Source: an uncultured Planctomycetota bacterium (lineage in GTDB: Bacteria > Planctomycetota > Phycisphaerae > Tepidisphaerales > Tepidisphaeraceae). From it: a stretch of 64,000 bases of DNA. The position numbers and the translations under genes were made by a program. How positions within the stretch are numbered: position 1 is the first letter of the stretch; each line of letters starts with the position of its first letter. The notes under the pieces are model-generated. The model saw only the letters and a program-made list of their open reading frames with translations. It did not search any database and was not told the origin of the DNA. Of the stretch, positions 9,903 to 19,151 are shown piece after piece. Location of the stretch: the NCBI GenBank assembly GCA_963841915.1, contig CAWJEN010000006.1, positions 320,001-384,000 on the forward strand, given 5' to 3'.

Positions 9903-10829
9903 TCACCCCAACTCGTTCAATGCGTCCTTCAGCACGCGAGCGCTTGCCCGTAGTTCGTCTTCTTCCGACGGTTCGAGGTGCGGCGTGAGCACTTTCATCA
10001 CGCCCCGCCGCCCGATGATGCACGGCAGGCTCAGGCACACGTCCTTGATCCCGTAAGGCCCGTCGACCAGGGTGCTGATCGGGAAGACCTCCCGCGTGTC
10101 CTGCACGATCGCCCGCACGATCATGCTCGCACAGGCGGCAATGGCGTAGTCGGTGTACCCCTTGTGCATGAACACCTCGTAACCCGCCTTACGTGCCTTG
10201 TCGAAGCGTCGGCGGATGTCTTCTTCGTCGGCAGGCAGCTTCATGCCGGCCACCGTCACCTGGCTCAGGGCAGGCACCATCGAGTCGCCGTGTTCGCCGA
10301 GGATGTAGGCACGGACGTCCAGCGGGTGCCCGCCGACGAGTTGGGCGAGCAGCTCGCGGAACCGGCCGGTGTCGATGAGCGTGCCGCTGCCGATGACGCG
10401 ACGCGGCGAAAGCTTGGCCGACCGGATGGCCACGTGCGTCATCACGTCGACCGGGTTCGTCAGGATCAGAAAGACCGCGTCCGGACTGCCGTCGGCCAGG
10501 GCGGGTAGCAGCTTCTGGAAGACCTCGTAATTGCCCTGTGCCAAGGCCAAACGATCCAGCGGCCGATCATCATTCGTCGGCGGAGCGGGAACGGAATTGG
10601 TGACGATGATGAGGTCGCTGTCGTGCGAATCCTCAATGGTCCCGCTCGTGATTTTTGCCGGCCGTGGGTTGAGGAACACGCTGGCGTGCGACAGATCCCG
10701 CGCGTGCCCCTCGGCAATCTTCGACGGGTCGCGGCTGACCAGCACCAACTCGTCTGCGAGCCCTCGCGTCACAAGCGCAAAGGCCGTCGCGGTGCCGGTT
10801 CGGCCGATGCCTGTGATGGAAATCTTCAT
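9903..10829 (-). CDS. Lactate/malate dehydrogenase family protein
   Basis: GIGRTG, LTNPVDV, IGSGTLIDTGRF and LGEHGDS motifs. Confidence 0.9.
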   Translation of the reverse strand: MKISITGIGRTGTATAFALVTRGLADELVLVSRDPSKIAEGHARDLSHASVFLNPRPAKITSGTIEDSHDSDLIIVTNSVPAPPTNDDRPLDRLALAQGNYEVFQKLLPALADGSPDAVFLILTNPVDVMTHVAIRSAKLSPRRVIGSGTLIDTGRFRELLAQLVGGHPLDVRAYILGEHGDSMVPALSQVTVAGMKLPADEEDIRRRFDKARKAGYEVFMHKGYTDYAIAACASMIVRAIVQDTREVFPISTLVDGPYGIKDVCLSLPCIIGRRGVMKVLTPHLEPSEEDELRASARVLKDALNELG

Positions 10830-10862
10830 ACGTCTGGTGGCACCCTACGAACCCATCGAAGA

Positions 10863-10997
10863 CAGAAACGCGAAGAGGCGAAGAGGCGAAGCCGGAGCGA
10901 AGACAAGGGAAAGAAGATGTAGGAGATGGGTTCGTCACCCGTCACCCGTCACCTGCACTTCGCTCCGGCTTCGCCTCTTAGCTTTTTCGCGTTTCTG
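10863..10997. repeat. Intergenic long inverted repeat (40-bp arms), REP/MITE-like
   Basis: 10863-10902 is the reverse complement of 10958-10997 with 3 mismatches. The spacer contains CGTCACC three times. Confidence 0.85.
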
Positions 10998-11004
10998 ATT
11001 CCGC

Positions 11005-12012
11005 TCATTCGCTCTGATTCTCTCCGCGTTCCAGCGCGAGCGGCTGTTTGAAGGTGAGCGTGCGGTACGGGAACGGAATCTCGATGCCTGCGGCGTCGAG
11101 GGCCTCCTTGACCGCTTCCACGACTTCGTCACGGCTTTTGCGGACATCGAGCGGCGTGCTGCCGGTCCACCACGTGACCTCGAAGTTAATCGAGCTGCTG
11201 GCAAACTCCTGGGCGAAGATTTGCACCGGCCGGGCGGCACTCTTTTGCACCGTCTCGCACGCCTTGACCGCCTTCATGATCACGCCACGCGACTCCTTGA
11301 CGCTCTCGTCGTAGGCCACGCCGACGATGATCGTCGTGCGGCGGACCTCCAGGTTGGTCCAGTTGATCGTCGGATTTGTGAAGATGACGGCATTGGGCAT
11401 GAGCACGAGATCGCCATCGACCTGGCGAAGTTCGGTCATGCGGATGTTGATGCGTTCGACCTTGCCGCAGATGCCTTCGACTTCGATCCAGTCGCCGATC
11501 TCGATCGGGAATCGCCAGAGAATGAGGACGCCTGCGATGAAGTTCTCAACAATGTCCTTGAAGGCAAAGCCCAGGACGATACCGGTGACGCCCAGGCCGG
11601 CCAGCAGGCTGCCGGGCTTGATGCTGGGGAAGATGATGGTCAGGGCGACGAGGATGCCCAGCACCCACATTGCGGTGTAGGTCAGTTGGCCGATGAGGTC
11701 GCGCAGGCTCTGCCGGAGGTGGGCGCGTTTTGCGAGATTTTTCGCCAGGCGAGAGGCAAACCGCGCCAGCACGGCGAAGATAATCAGCGCGATAACGCCG
11801 AGAACGATGTTGGGCAGAATGCGGAGGAACCCTTCCCACATTTCGTTGAGCCGGTCGAGGATCACCTTCTGGCCCTCGCCGTCCAGCAAGCTCGCCTCGT
11901 CGCCTCCGCCGGCCGGTTGGCTCGTCGGCTGCGTCGTCGCCCCGGCAGCGGCGTCCGCGCTGTCGCCGCCGGCACCGTCACCTGTGAGACCGACCAGTGC
12001 TTCAGCTTGCAT
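11005..12012 (-). CDS. MscS-family mechanosensitive channel
   Basis: TM helices, LGFAFKDIVENFIAG, PIEIGDWI and GIEIPFP motifs. Confidence 0.92.
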   Translation of the reverse strand: MQAEALVGLTGDGAGGDSADAAAGATTQPTSQPAGGGDEASLLDGEGQKVILDRLNEMWEGFLRILPNIVLGVIALIIFAVLARFASRLAKNLAKRAHLRQSLRDLIGQLTYTAMWVLGILVALTIIFPSIKPGSLLAGLGVTGIVLGFAFKDIVENFIAGVLILWRFPIEIGDWIEVEGICGKVERINIRMTELRQVDGDLVLMPNAVIFTNPTINWTNLEVRRTTIIVGVAYDESVKESRGVIMKAVKACETVQKSAARPVQIFAQEFASSSINFEVTWWTGSTPLDVRKSRDEVVEAVKEALDAAGIEIPFPYRTLTFKQPLALERGENQSE

Positions 12013-12102
12013 CCGTAGGTTCTAGGGGCGGCTGAACCCGCGCCTCCGACTGACGACTTAGAGGAGCGGCCATCTTGCGTGGCTCTACGGTCACCCGCGT
12101 CC

Positions 12103-12753
12103 ATGCCACCTCTGCCCGCTGCCCTTCGCCCGATTCGCCTGACCGGCGGGTGGCGTGGCGTGGCTTGCCTGCCGGGTTACAACGACTTCGACCCGACCGA
12201 CACATCGGGCCCTGTTTTGAAAGACGACGGCAACAGCCGCGTCATGCTCCGGAACGGCCTGGTCATCAAACGCCCGGCCCTTCCGACCGGTACTCGAAGA
12301 TGGCTGGCTCCTTTTCGCAAACCGCGGGCGGTGCGGGCGTGGCTCAAGACCCTCGCGCTGCAACGCATCGGCCTGCCGGTCGAGACGCCTGTGCTGTTCG
12401 CCCGGCGTGGCCGCGATGCGATCGGCGTCTATCGGCTCGTCGAGGGAACGACACTGGCTGATCTTGATCTGGACACGCTGCGCAACCGTGGCGAAACCTT
12501 TGCCCGCATCGGCCGCGTGCTTCGTCAGACGGCACGGCTCGGCTGGACGCATCTCGACGCCAAGTCCACGAACTGGATCATCACGCCCGACGAGCGGCCG
12601 GTCATGATCGATTGCGACGGCTTGCGAAAGGCGGTGTTTCGCGCGAGAAGGCGTCGCGGCCTGGAGCGCTTGCTCCGCGCCCTGCGCGAGCACCCGCAGC
12701 ACGAGCTGTCCGACGAAGCGGCCGTTCTTCGCGGGTTTGCGGGACTTCCGTAA
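12103..12753 (+). CDS. Lipopolysaccharide kinase-like protein (Kdo/WaaP/InaA family)
   Basis: VIKR, HLDAKSTNWI and MIDCDG kinase motifs; adjacent to a GT9 gene. Confidence 0.7.
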   Translation: MPPLPAALRPIRLTGGWRGVACLPGYNDFDPTDTSGPVLKDDGNSRVMLRNGLVIKRPALPTGTRRWLAPFRKPRAVRAWLKTLALQRIGLPVETPVLFARRGRDAIGVYRLVEGTTLADLDLDTLRNRGETFARIGRVLRQTARLGWTHLDAKSTNWIITPDERPVMIDCDGLRKAVFRARRRRGLERLLRALREHPQHELSDEAAVLRGFAGLP

Positions 12754-12799
12754 GGAGCCGTCGGCCGGCTCGCCGATAACCCGCTACGGTCGCTTCGTT

Positions 12800-13822
12800 G
12801 TGAACGAGGGGCCGCGTCGCATCGTCATCATCAAACCGTCGGCCCTGGGCGATGTCATCGGCAGCCTGCCCGTCGCGGGGCTGCTCAAAAGGCGTTACCC
12901 GGCAGCACGGCTGGCGTGGGTCATCGCGCGGCCTTTCGTGTCGCTGCTGGAAACGCACCCGCACGTCGACGAAACGATCCCGTTCGATCGCTTGCGGGAC
13001 GGCACCGCCGTGCAACAGCTCCGCTCGACCCGCCGCCTCGTCGGCGCGCTTCGCGAGGGCAAGTTCGACATGGCGATCGATTTGCAGGGCTTGTTCCGCA
13101 GCGGCTGGCTGACGTGGCGGAGCGGCGCACGGCGGCGGATCGGCTTCGACTACGCCCGCGAAGGCTCGCCTCGATTCTACAACGAGCGGGTCGCCAGCCG
13201 CGGCGAGAACCGAAACGCGGCCGAGCGATACCTTGATGTCGCCGAACACCTCGGCTGCGGCCGATTGCCCGCAGAGGCAGACATCACCACGACGCCCGAC
13301 GACGACGCCGCGGCCGATGCCTTGCTCGCCGGCCTCGACGGCAATCGATTCGCATTGCTCCTGCCCGGCACGAACTGGTCGACGAAACGGTGGCCGGCGG
13401 CGGCGTTCGAGCAGCTCGCCAGACGACTCGAGGCCGACGGCCTGGCGGTCGTTGTCGCCGGGGCCGACGATGCCAAAGACGCCGCGGCATGCATCGGTGG
13501 GCTCGACATCGTCGGCCGCACGAGCGTCCGAGAACTTGCCGCGGTCATGCGGCGTGCGTCGCTCGTCGTCGCCAACGACAGCGGCCCGATGCACCTGGCC
13601 GCGGCGCTCGGTCGCCCGCTCGTCGCGCTCTTCGGCCCGACCGACCCGCACCGCACGGGTCCGTGGCGGTCGCCCCGATCCGTCGTTCGGCTGGATGTCG
13701 TCTGCAGCCCGTGCTTCAGCCGGACGTGCGAGCACAACACTTGTCTGACGCACTTAAGCGTCGACGACGTGCACAGGCGTTGTATGCAGCAGATCGACCG
13801 GACCCTACTTACATCGCGTTGA
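12800..13822 (+). CDS. Glycosyltransferase family 9 (heptosyltransferase-like)
   Basis: IKPSALGDV, IDLQGLFRS, KRWP, NDSGPMHLAAA and LFGPT motifs. Confidence 0.92.
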   Translation: MNEGPRRIVIIKPSALGDVIGSLPVAGLLKRRYPAARLAWVIARPFVSLLETHPHVDETIPFDRLRDGTAVQQLRSTRRLVGALREGKFDMAIDLQGLFRSGWLTWRSGARRRIGFDYAREGSPRFYNERVASRGENRNAAERYLDVAEHLGCGRLPAEADITTTPDDDAAADALLAGLDGNRFALLLPGTNWSTKRWPAAAFEQLARRLEADGLAVVVAGADDAKDAAACIGGLDIVGRTSVRELAAVMRRASLVVANDSGPMHLAAALGRPLVALFGPTDPHRTGPWRSPRSVVRLDVVCSPCFSRTCEHNTCLTHLSVDDVHRRCMQQIDRTLLTSR

Positions 13823-14285
13823 TGGCCTCGAGCACTTCGGCCTCGTGACCGGCCGGTTTGACCTTCTCGAAGACCTTGGCGACGTTGCCGTCGGCGTCGA
13901 TGACGAAGGTGGTGCGTGCGGCGCCCATGTACTTTTTGCCGTACATGCTCTTTTCCTGCCACACGCCGTACGCCTCGCACAGGGCGTGATCTTCGTCGGC
14001 AAGCAGCGGGAACGTCAAATCGTACTTGTCAGCAAACTTCATGACGTTCTTCTCCGGGTCGGGCGAGACGCCCAGGATGGCGACGCCGGCTTTCTCATAC
14101 TCGGCGGCCGAGTCGCGGAAACCGCACGCCTGCGTGGTGCAGCCGGGCGTGTCGGCCTTGGGGTAAAAGTAGAGCACCAGCGTTTTGCCCGCGTAGTCGG
14201 CGAGCTTGATCGACTTGCCCGTGCTCGACGGCAGATCGAAGTCGGGGGCGGCCGTGCCGGGCTGCGGATAGGGGGAGTCGCTCAT
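13809..14285 (-). CDS. bcp: Thioredoxin-dependent thiol peroxidase (BCP)
   Basis: LYFYPKADTPGCTTQACGFRD. Confidence 0.95.
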   Translation of the reverse strand: MSDSPYPQPGTAAPDFDLPSSTGKSIKLADYAGKTLVLYFYPKADTPGCTTQACGFRDSAAEYEKAGVAILGVSPDPEKNVMKFADKYDLTFPLLADEDHALCEAYGVWQEKSMYGKKYMGAARTTFVIDADGNVAKVFEKVKPAGHEAEVLEAINAM

Positions 14286-14294
14286 GGGGCAAGC

Positions 14295-15473
14295 TTAGTC
14301 GAGGGGCGAGCCGACCTTCGCCAGCAGCCACTGCTGATACGCCTCGGTGTCGAGCGGCAGATCGACCGGACGCCTTTCGTCGCCGCTTAGCAGCATCGCG
14401 TTGGCGAGTTCCACCGATGCCAACCCATCTGTGCCCTGAGCTACGACAGGCGTGCCGTCGCAAATAGCGGCGGCAAAGTTGTTGAAGATGCCCAGACGGA
14501 AAGGCGTCTGGTTTGTGTACGTCGGGCTCCCAGTGCCGCCGGGTGTCTCAACGCGTTCGGCAACGTCAACCGTGCGCAAGTTCGCCTCGCCGGTGGCATT
14601 GTGGTCGCTGATGGGTTGGTCGAGCAGGCGAAGGCGCAACGTGCCGTCTTCGGCCACGACGGTGCCGCGGTCGCCGACGACTTCGAGACGATTGGTGCCG
14701 GGCGCTTCGCCGGTCGTTGTCAGGAACGTGATGACGGGGCCGTACCGCTCGGCGTCGCGTGGCCGGCATTCGATGATGGCTGAGACTTCGTCTTCGACTT
14801 CAATGTCGTGAAACCGCCCGTACCGCGTGACGGCGGTGACGCGTTTGGGCGAGAGGCCGACCATCCACAAGAGCAGGTCCAGGTTGTGCGGCGCCTGGTT
14901 CATGAGCACGCCTCCGCCCTCATGTCGCCACGTACCGCGCCACCCACCACTGGCGTAGTAGGCCTTGGTGCGAAACCAGTCGGTGACGGTCCAATGGACC
15001 CGCTGGATCGGCCCCAGCTCGTTGCGGGCGATATCGCGAAGCCTTTGCCAGACGGGCATGAGTCGCTGCTGGAACATGGCGGCAAACACAAGGTCGGGCC
15101 GCCGTTGCCGCCCCTGGACAAAGGCGGCATTGACGCGGGCGGCACCGTCGACGCTCATCGCCACCGGCTTCTCCACCAGCACGTGCAGGCCACGCTGCAA
15201 AGCCGGCTCGGCGAAACAAATGTGCCGCGAGTGCGGTGTGGCAATGACCACCGCATCGAGCGAGGCGTCGGCAATCAGAGCGTCGGCATCGTTGTGCACC
15301 GTCACGTCGCCAACCCCATTGGCCACCGCACGGGCAAGAGCCGGGTCGTGATCACAAACCGCTGCCAGCGTCAGGCCCGGCACGTCGCCGGCGATCATCT
15401 CTGCGTGACGTCGCCCGACGTTACCGAGGCCGATGACACCAGTGCGGACAGGCAGTTCATGAACATCGGACAT
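14295..15473 (-). CDS. Gfo/Idh/MocA family oxidoreductase
   Basis: GVIGLGNVG, IATPH, HVLVEKP and GGGVLMNQAPHNLD motifs. Confidence 0.9.
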   Translation of the reverse strand: MSDVHELPVRTGVIGLGNVGRRHAEMIAGDVPGLTLAAVCDHDPALARAVANGVGDVTVHNDADALIADASLDAVVIATPHSRHICFAEPALQRGLHVLVEKPVAMSVDGAARVNAAFVQGRQRRPDLVFAAMFQQRLMPVWQRLRDIARNELGPIQRVHWTVTDWFRTKAYYASGGWRGTWRHEGGGVLMNQAPHNLDLLLWMVGLSPKRVTAVTRYGRFHDIEVEDEVSAIIECRPRDAERYGPVITFLTTTGEAPGTNRLEVVGDRGTVVAEDGTLRLRLLDQPISDHNATGEANLRTVDVAERVETPGGTGSPTYTNQTPFRLGIFNNFAAAICDGTPVVAQGTDGLASVELANAMLLSGDERRPVDLPLDTEAYQQWLLAKVGSPLD

Positions 15474-15511
15474 AATGAACAACGTAGCCGCCACCGCGCC
15501 TTGAATAAATC

Positions 15512-15976
15512 GTGACTGCTTTGCTCGATCGCCTGACCCGAATCGTGCCGACGCTTTCCCCGGGCAGGCGGCGGATCTACGTCCTCAGCTTCTACGCGGC
15601 GGCGGTGTACAACCTGATCTGGGGCCTCGTCGTCATCTTCCTGCCGGCGGCGACGCTGAGCATCGCCCAGGTCGAGACGGACGCGGTCGGCCTGCTGTTC
15701 TGGCAATGCATCGGCATGTTCGTGCTCGTCTTCGCCATCGGCTACCTCGCCGCCGCCCGCCAGCCCGAACGGTTTGCCGTCTTCATCCTCATCGCCCTGC
15801 TCGGCAAAATCTTCGGCCCCATCGGCTTTGTCTACGGCGCGTTCTGGCTCGACGTGCTGCCCAAGTCACTCGGCTTCACGATTCTCACCAATGATCTCGT
15901 GTGGTGGCCCGTGTGGTTCCCATTTGTTTACGACACGTTCTTTCGAAAGACCTGCGCATCAGGCAAAGCCACCTAA
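15512..15976 (+). CDS. Hypothetical membrane protein
   Basis: About 4 TM helices; YNLIWG, WQCIGM, GKIFGPIGF and TNDLVWW segments. Confidence 0.75.
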   Translation: MTALLDRLTRIVPTLSPGRRRIYVLSFYAAAVYNLIWGLVVIFLPAATLSIAQVETDAVGLLFWQCIGMFVLVFAIGYLAAARQPERFAVFILIALLGKIFGPIGFVYGAFWLDVLPKSLGFTILTNDLVWWPVWFPFVYDTFFRKTCASGKAT

Positions 15977-17115
15977 GTGGCATTGCCCACGAGCATCAGA
16001 TCCGCTGACGCTTCGGGTGCGAAAAAGACGGGTGACGACGGGTTGAGCAGTTCGCGCAAGACATCACCCTCAAGCTCACGCGTCCCGCTGACGAACCACG
16101 GACATGCCGGTGCCTTGAGCCCGTCGTCGCCGATGTCGCCCTGCCCGCCGAACACCCACACGCGGTCGGCCAGATCGTGCGACATCAAATCTTTGGCCAG
16201 CTTCGGGCCCGGCTCGACGAGCAGGTGGCCCACGCCGCGTCGGGCGAGGTCGCGGTAGGCGTCGAGCATCGAGAACCGGCGTCCGCCGAGGCCGTTGTCG
16301 GTGGCGGGCAAACCAACGACGTCAACGCCGGGGCCGGTCACATCATGCCGTTCCCCCTCGACGGTGTAGATCAACGTCGGCGTCTCATCATCGATCAGTC
16401 GACGCTTGCCGCCAAAGTCGAGGCTGTTGCTGAACACGACGCGCAGCGGCGTCCGCATCACCGTCTCACCTCGGGCCGTCAGTTGCGGGTCATCATTCCT
16501 CACCGTGTTCGTCCCGACCGCGACCGCGTCGCATCGGCCGCGAAGGTTCTGCACGACGCGATCACTCGCGGCATTCGTGATCCGCACAGGTCGCCCTGCC
16601 TTGCCCGCGACCTTGCCGTCACGGCTGACGGCCCATTTCAGCGTCACGTAAGGGCGCCTGTGCTCAATCCTCGCGACGAACGGCGCGATGAGCTGTCGGC
16701 AAGCGCTGCCCAGCACACCGGCCTTCACCTGCACGCCGGCGTCGTGGAGCATGTCCACGCCGCCTCCGTCGACACGCGGGTTGGGGTCGAGACAGCCGAT
16801 GACGACGTCCTTCACGCCCGCCTCGATCAGTCGCGGAGCACAGGGCGGCGTCCGCTTCTCACCGCCGCTGTGGCAGCACGGCTCGAGCGTCACATAAGCC
16901 GTCGCACCACGCGCCCGCTCGCCGGCCATCGCCAAGGCCGTCGGTTCGGCATGATCGCCCCCAACTTTGGCGTGAAAGCCCTCGCCGACGATCTCGCCGT
17001 CCTTAACCAGCACGCAGCCGACCATCGGGTTCGGCTCGACCCCGCCACGCCCACGCATGGCCAGCCCGATCGCCCGCCGCATCAGCTGCTCGTCTCTCGT
17101 CGCCGCGTCATTCAC
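15973..17115 (-). CDS. ribD: Riboflavin biosynthesis bifunctional deaminase/reductase
   Basis: PNPMVGCV, HAE, TLEPCCH...PPC, LKWAVSRDG and DDPQLTAR motifs. Confidence 0.95.
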   Translation of the reverse strand: MNDAATRDEQLMRRAIGLAMRGRGGVEPNPMVGCVLVKDGEIVGEGFHAKVGGDHAEPTALAMAGERARGATAYVTLEPCCHSGGEKRTPPCAPRLIEAGVKDVVIGCLDPNPRVDGGGVDMLHDAGVQVKAGVLGSACRQLIAPFVARIEHRRPYVTLKWAVSRDGKVAGKAGRPVRITNAASDRVVQNLRGRCDAVAVGTNTVRNDDPQLTARGETVMRTPLRVVFSNSLDFGGKRRLIDDETPTLIYTVEGERHDVTGPGVDVVGLPATDNGLGGRRFSMLDAYRDLARRGVGHLLVEPGPKLAKDLMSHDLADRVWVFGGQGDIGDDGLKAPACPWFVSGTRELEGDVLRELLNPSSPVFFAPEASADLMLVGNAT

Positions 17116-17749
17116 CGTCTGCCACCTGCTGTTTCGGCGGCTCGGGCGCGACGAGGCTCAACACCAGGATCAGTCCCACCCCCACGCACAGATACACGTC
17201 GGCAAAGTTGAAGACCCACGGAAACACCTCGCTGTCCCAAAACCGTTTGTTGATCGACGACCACCGCACGCCCGGCAGCATGTGCAGCATGTCCCGCACA
17301 TACCCGTGCACCACGCGGTCGTAAAGATTGCCCACGATGCCCGCCAGCAGGAGCGCCAGCGTCACGCGATAGACGCGACCGGCCACGCGGCCACTCCGCA
17401 GCGTCGGCGGCGGACCGCGCAGGCTGTGGGCAAAGAACAGCGACACCGCCACGACCGCCACCACGCCGACGATGAGAAACAGCGACCGTTTGCCCTGCCC
17501 CAGCCCCATGGCCGCCCCCTGATTGGCGACGGCTGTCAGGTCGAGCCCGCTCGGGATCACGTTCACGTGCGGCATCGGTTGCGGGTACAGCGTCACACGC
17601 CCGTCGACCCAACGGTCGTCAACGCCGAAGTAGTCCCACGCAGCCGCCTTCGTCCAGAGATCAACAGCCAAAGCCGTCGTGATGACCACGAGCGCGATCA
17701 CGACCGGCCCTGTCCATCGTCGCGTGGTTGTCGGCGTTGCATCGCTCAC
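17108..17749 (-). CDS. lspA: Lipoprotein signal peptidase II
   Basis: DLWTK, NQGAAMG, GNLYDR, VRD and FNFAD motifs. Confidence 0.92.
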   Translation of the reverse strand: MSDATPTTTRRWTGPVVIALVVITTALAVDLWTKAAAWDYFGVDDRWVDGRVTLYPQPMPHVNVIPSGLDLTAVANQGAAMGLGQGKRSLFLIVGVVAVVAVSLFFAHSLRGPPPTLRSGRVAGRVYRVTLALLLAGIVGNLYDRVVHGYVRDMLHMLPGVRWSSINKRFWDSEVFPWVFNFADVYLCVGVGLILVLSLVAPEPPKQQVADGE

Positions 17750-17908
17750 GGGACCATCACCCTATGACAACGTGTTCCGCAGCACCTGCAGCCTCACGAC
17801 TGACGCACCTGGTCGCCGGTTGACCGCCAGGTTTCACTATCTCGCGTCAGACCGTCGGCCGCACTTTGACCCTTCACGAAAGCGGGTCGGCCGATTAGCG
17901 TGAATTGC

Positions 17909-18714
17909 ATGAACGAGACGATCCCAAACACCCCGACCCGTCGAAACGTGCTCGCCGGCCTTCCCGCCGTTGCGGCCGGATTGGGGGCGTTCGGCGTCAC
18001 CGCCGCCGCCTCGGCCGACGATCACGCCGAGCCCGGTGGCATGAAGACGCACAAGAAGCTCATGAGCGTCCTCAGCTCCATGCACGACGGCAGCGAGTAC
18101 ACCCTGCCGCCCCTGCCGTACGCCTACGACGCCGTCTCCGACGCCATTGACGAGCAGACGATGCGGCTGCACCACGACAAGCACCACATGGGCTACGTCA
18201 CCGGCCTCAACAAGGCGACTGCCGCCTTGGACGAGGCGACGAAGAATGCCGACGCGCCGCTCGTCAGTGGCCTTAGCCGCGACTTGTCCTTCAACTACGG
18301 CGGCCACGTCCTGCACTCGATCTTCTGGGCCACCATGGGCCCGTGCGAGGACGGCGCTATGGGTGGCAAGCCGATTGGCGCGCTGGCGACGGCCATCGAC
18401 AAGAGCTTCGGTTCTTTCGACGGCTTCGTCACCCTCTGGACCAAAGTCGCCGGCACCGTCAAGGGCAGCGGCTGGGTCCAGCTCGTCTTCGACCCGGTTG
18501 CCGTCCGCCTCAACGTCGTCGGCGTGACCGATCACGACTTGGGCTTCACGCCCGGTGCCATGCCGCTGCTGCCACTGGACATCTGGGAGCACGCTTTCTA
18601 CCTGAAGTACCAGAACAAGAAGGCCGACTACGTCAAGGCCCACCTGACCGTCGTCGACTGGTCGTGCGTCGGCGCGTTGTACGAGATGGTCAGCGCCCCT
18701 ACCAGCGGGCTTAG
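17909..18714 (+). CDS. Fe/Mn superoxide dismutase with Tat signal; 3' end probably frameshifted (ORF as given runs to 18901)
   Basis: TRRNVL twin-arginine motif, LPPLPYAY, HHDKHH, GHVLH and DIWEHAFY. One extra C in the C-run at 18696-18699 would end the gene at TAG 18712-18714. Confidence 0.85.
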
Positions 18715-19151
18715 CAAAACGGGCAGTTACTCCCACGGCAACGCCACTTCAGTGGCTTTGCCTTCTTTTTGTCGACCGCCACGGCCACGCCGTTGGCCGC
18801 CGCAGGGGCATCGACGCCGTATGCGACGACGTGAAACAGCTGTTCGACAAGGAATAGTGGGCGACGCGGCTGTGTCGCTGGGGATGTCTAACGCGTTATA
18901 AGGCAACGGCAAAGCGGCGTGTGGCGTGGCCCGATGCGGTACTTGACTTGACCGAACAACTGGCTACCCTTCGCGGCCATCGACGGAGGCGTCTCGCCGG
19001 AGCGTCTCTTGCATCGGTATCAGGCAGCGGGGGTCACGCAACTATTGGGTGGCTCACGACTGATGCCGGCACGCCGGGCAACGTCACCTCGAACCGTCGA
19101 GACCGGGCGACGCCCGCCTCCCCTGTTCGGCGATCTACTTCCGAGGTACGT

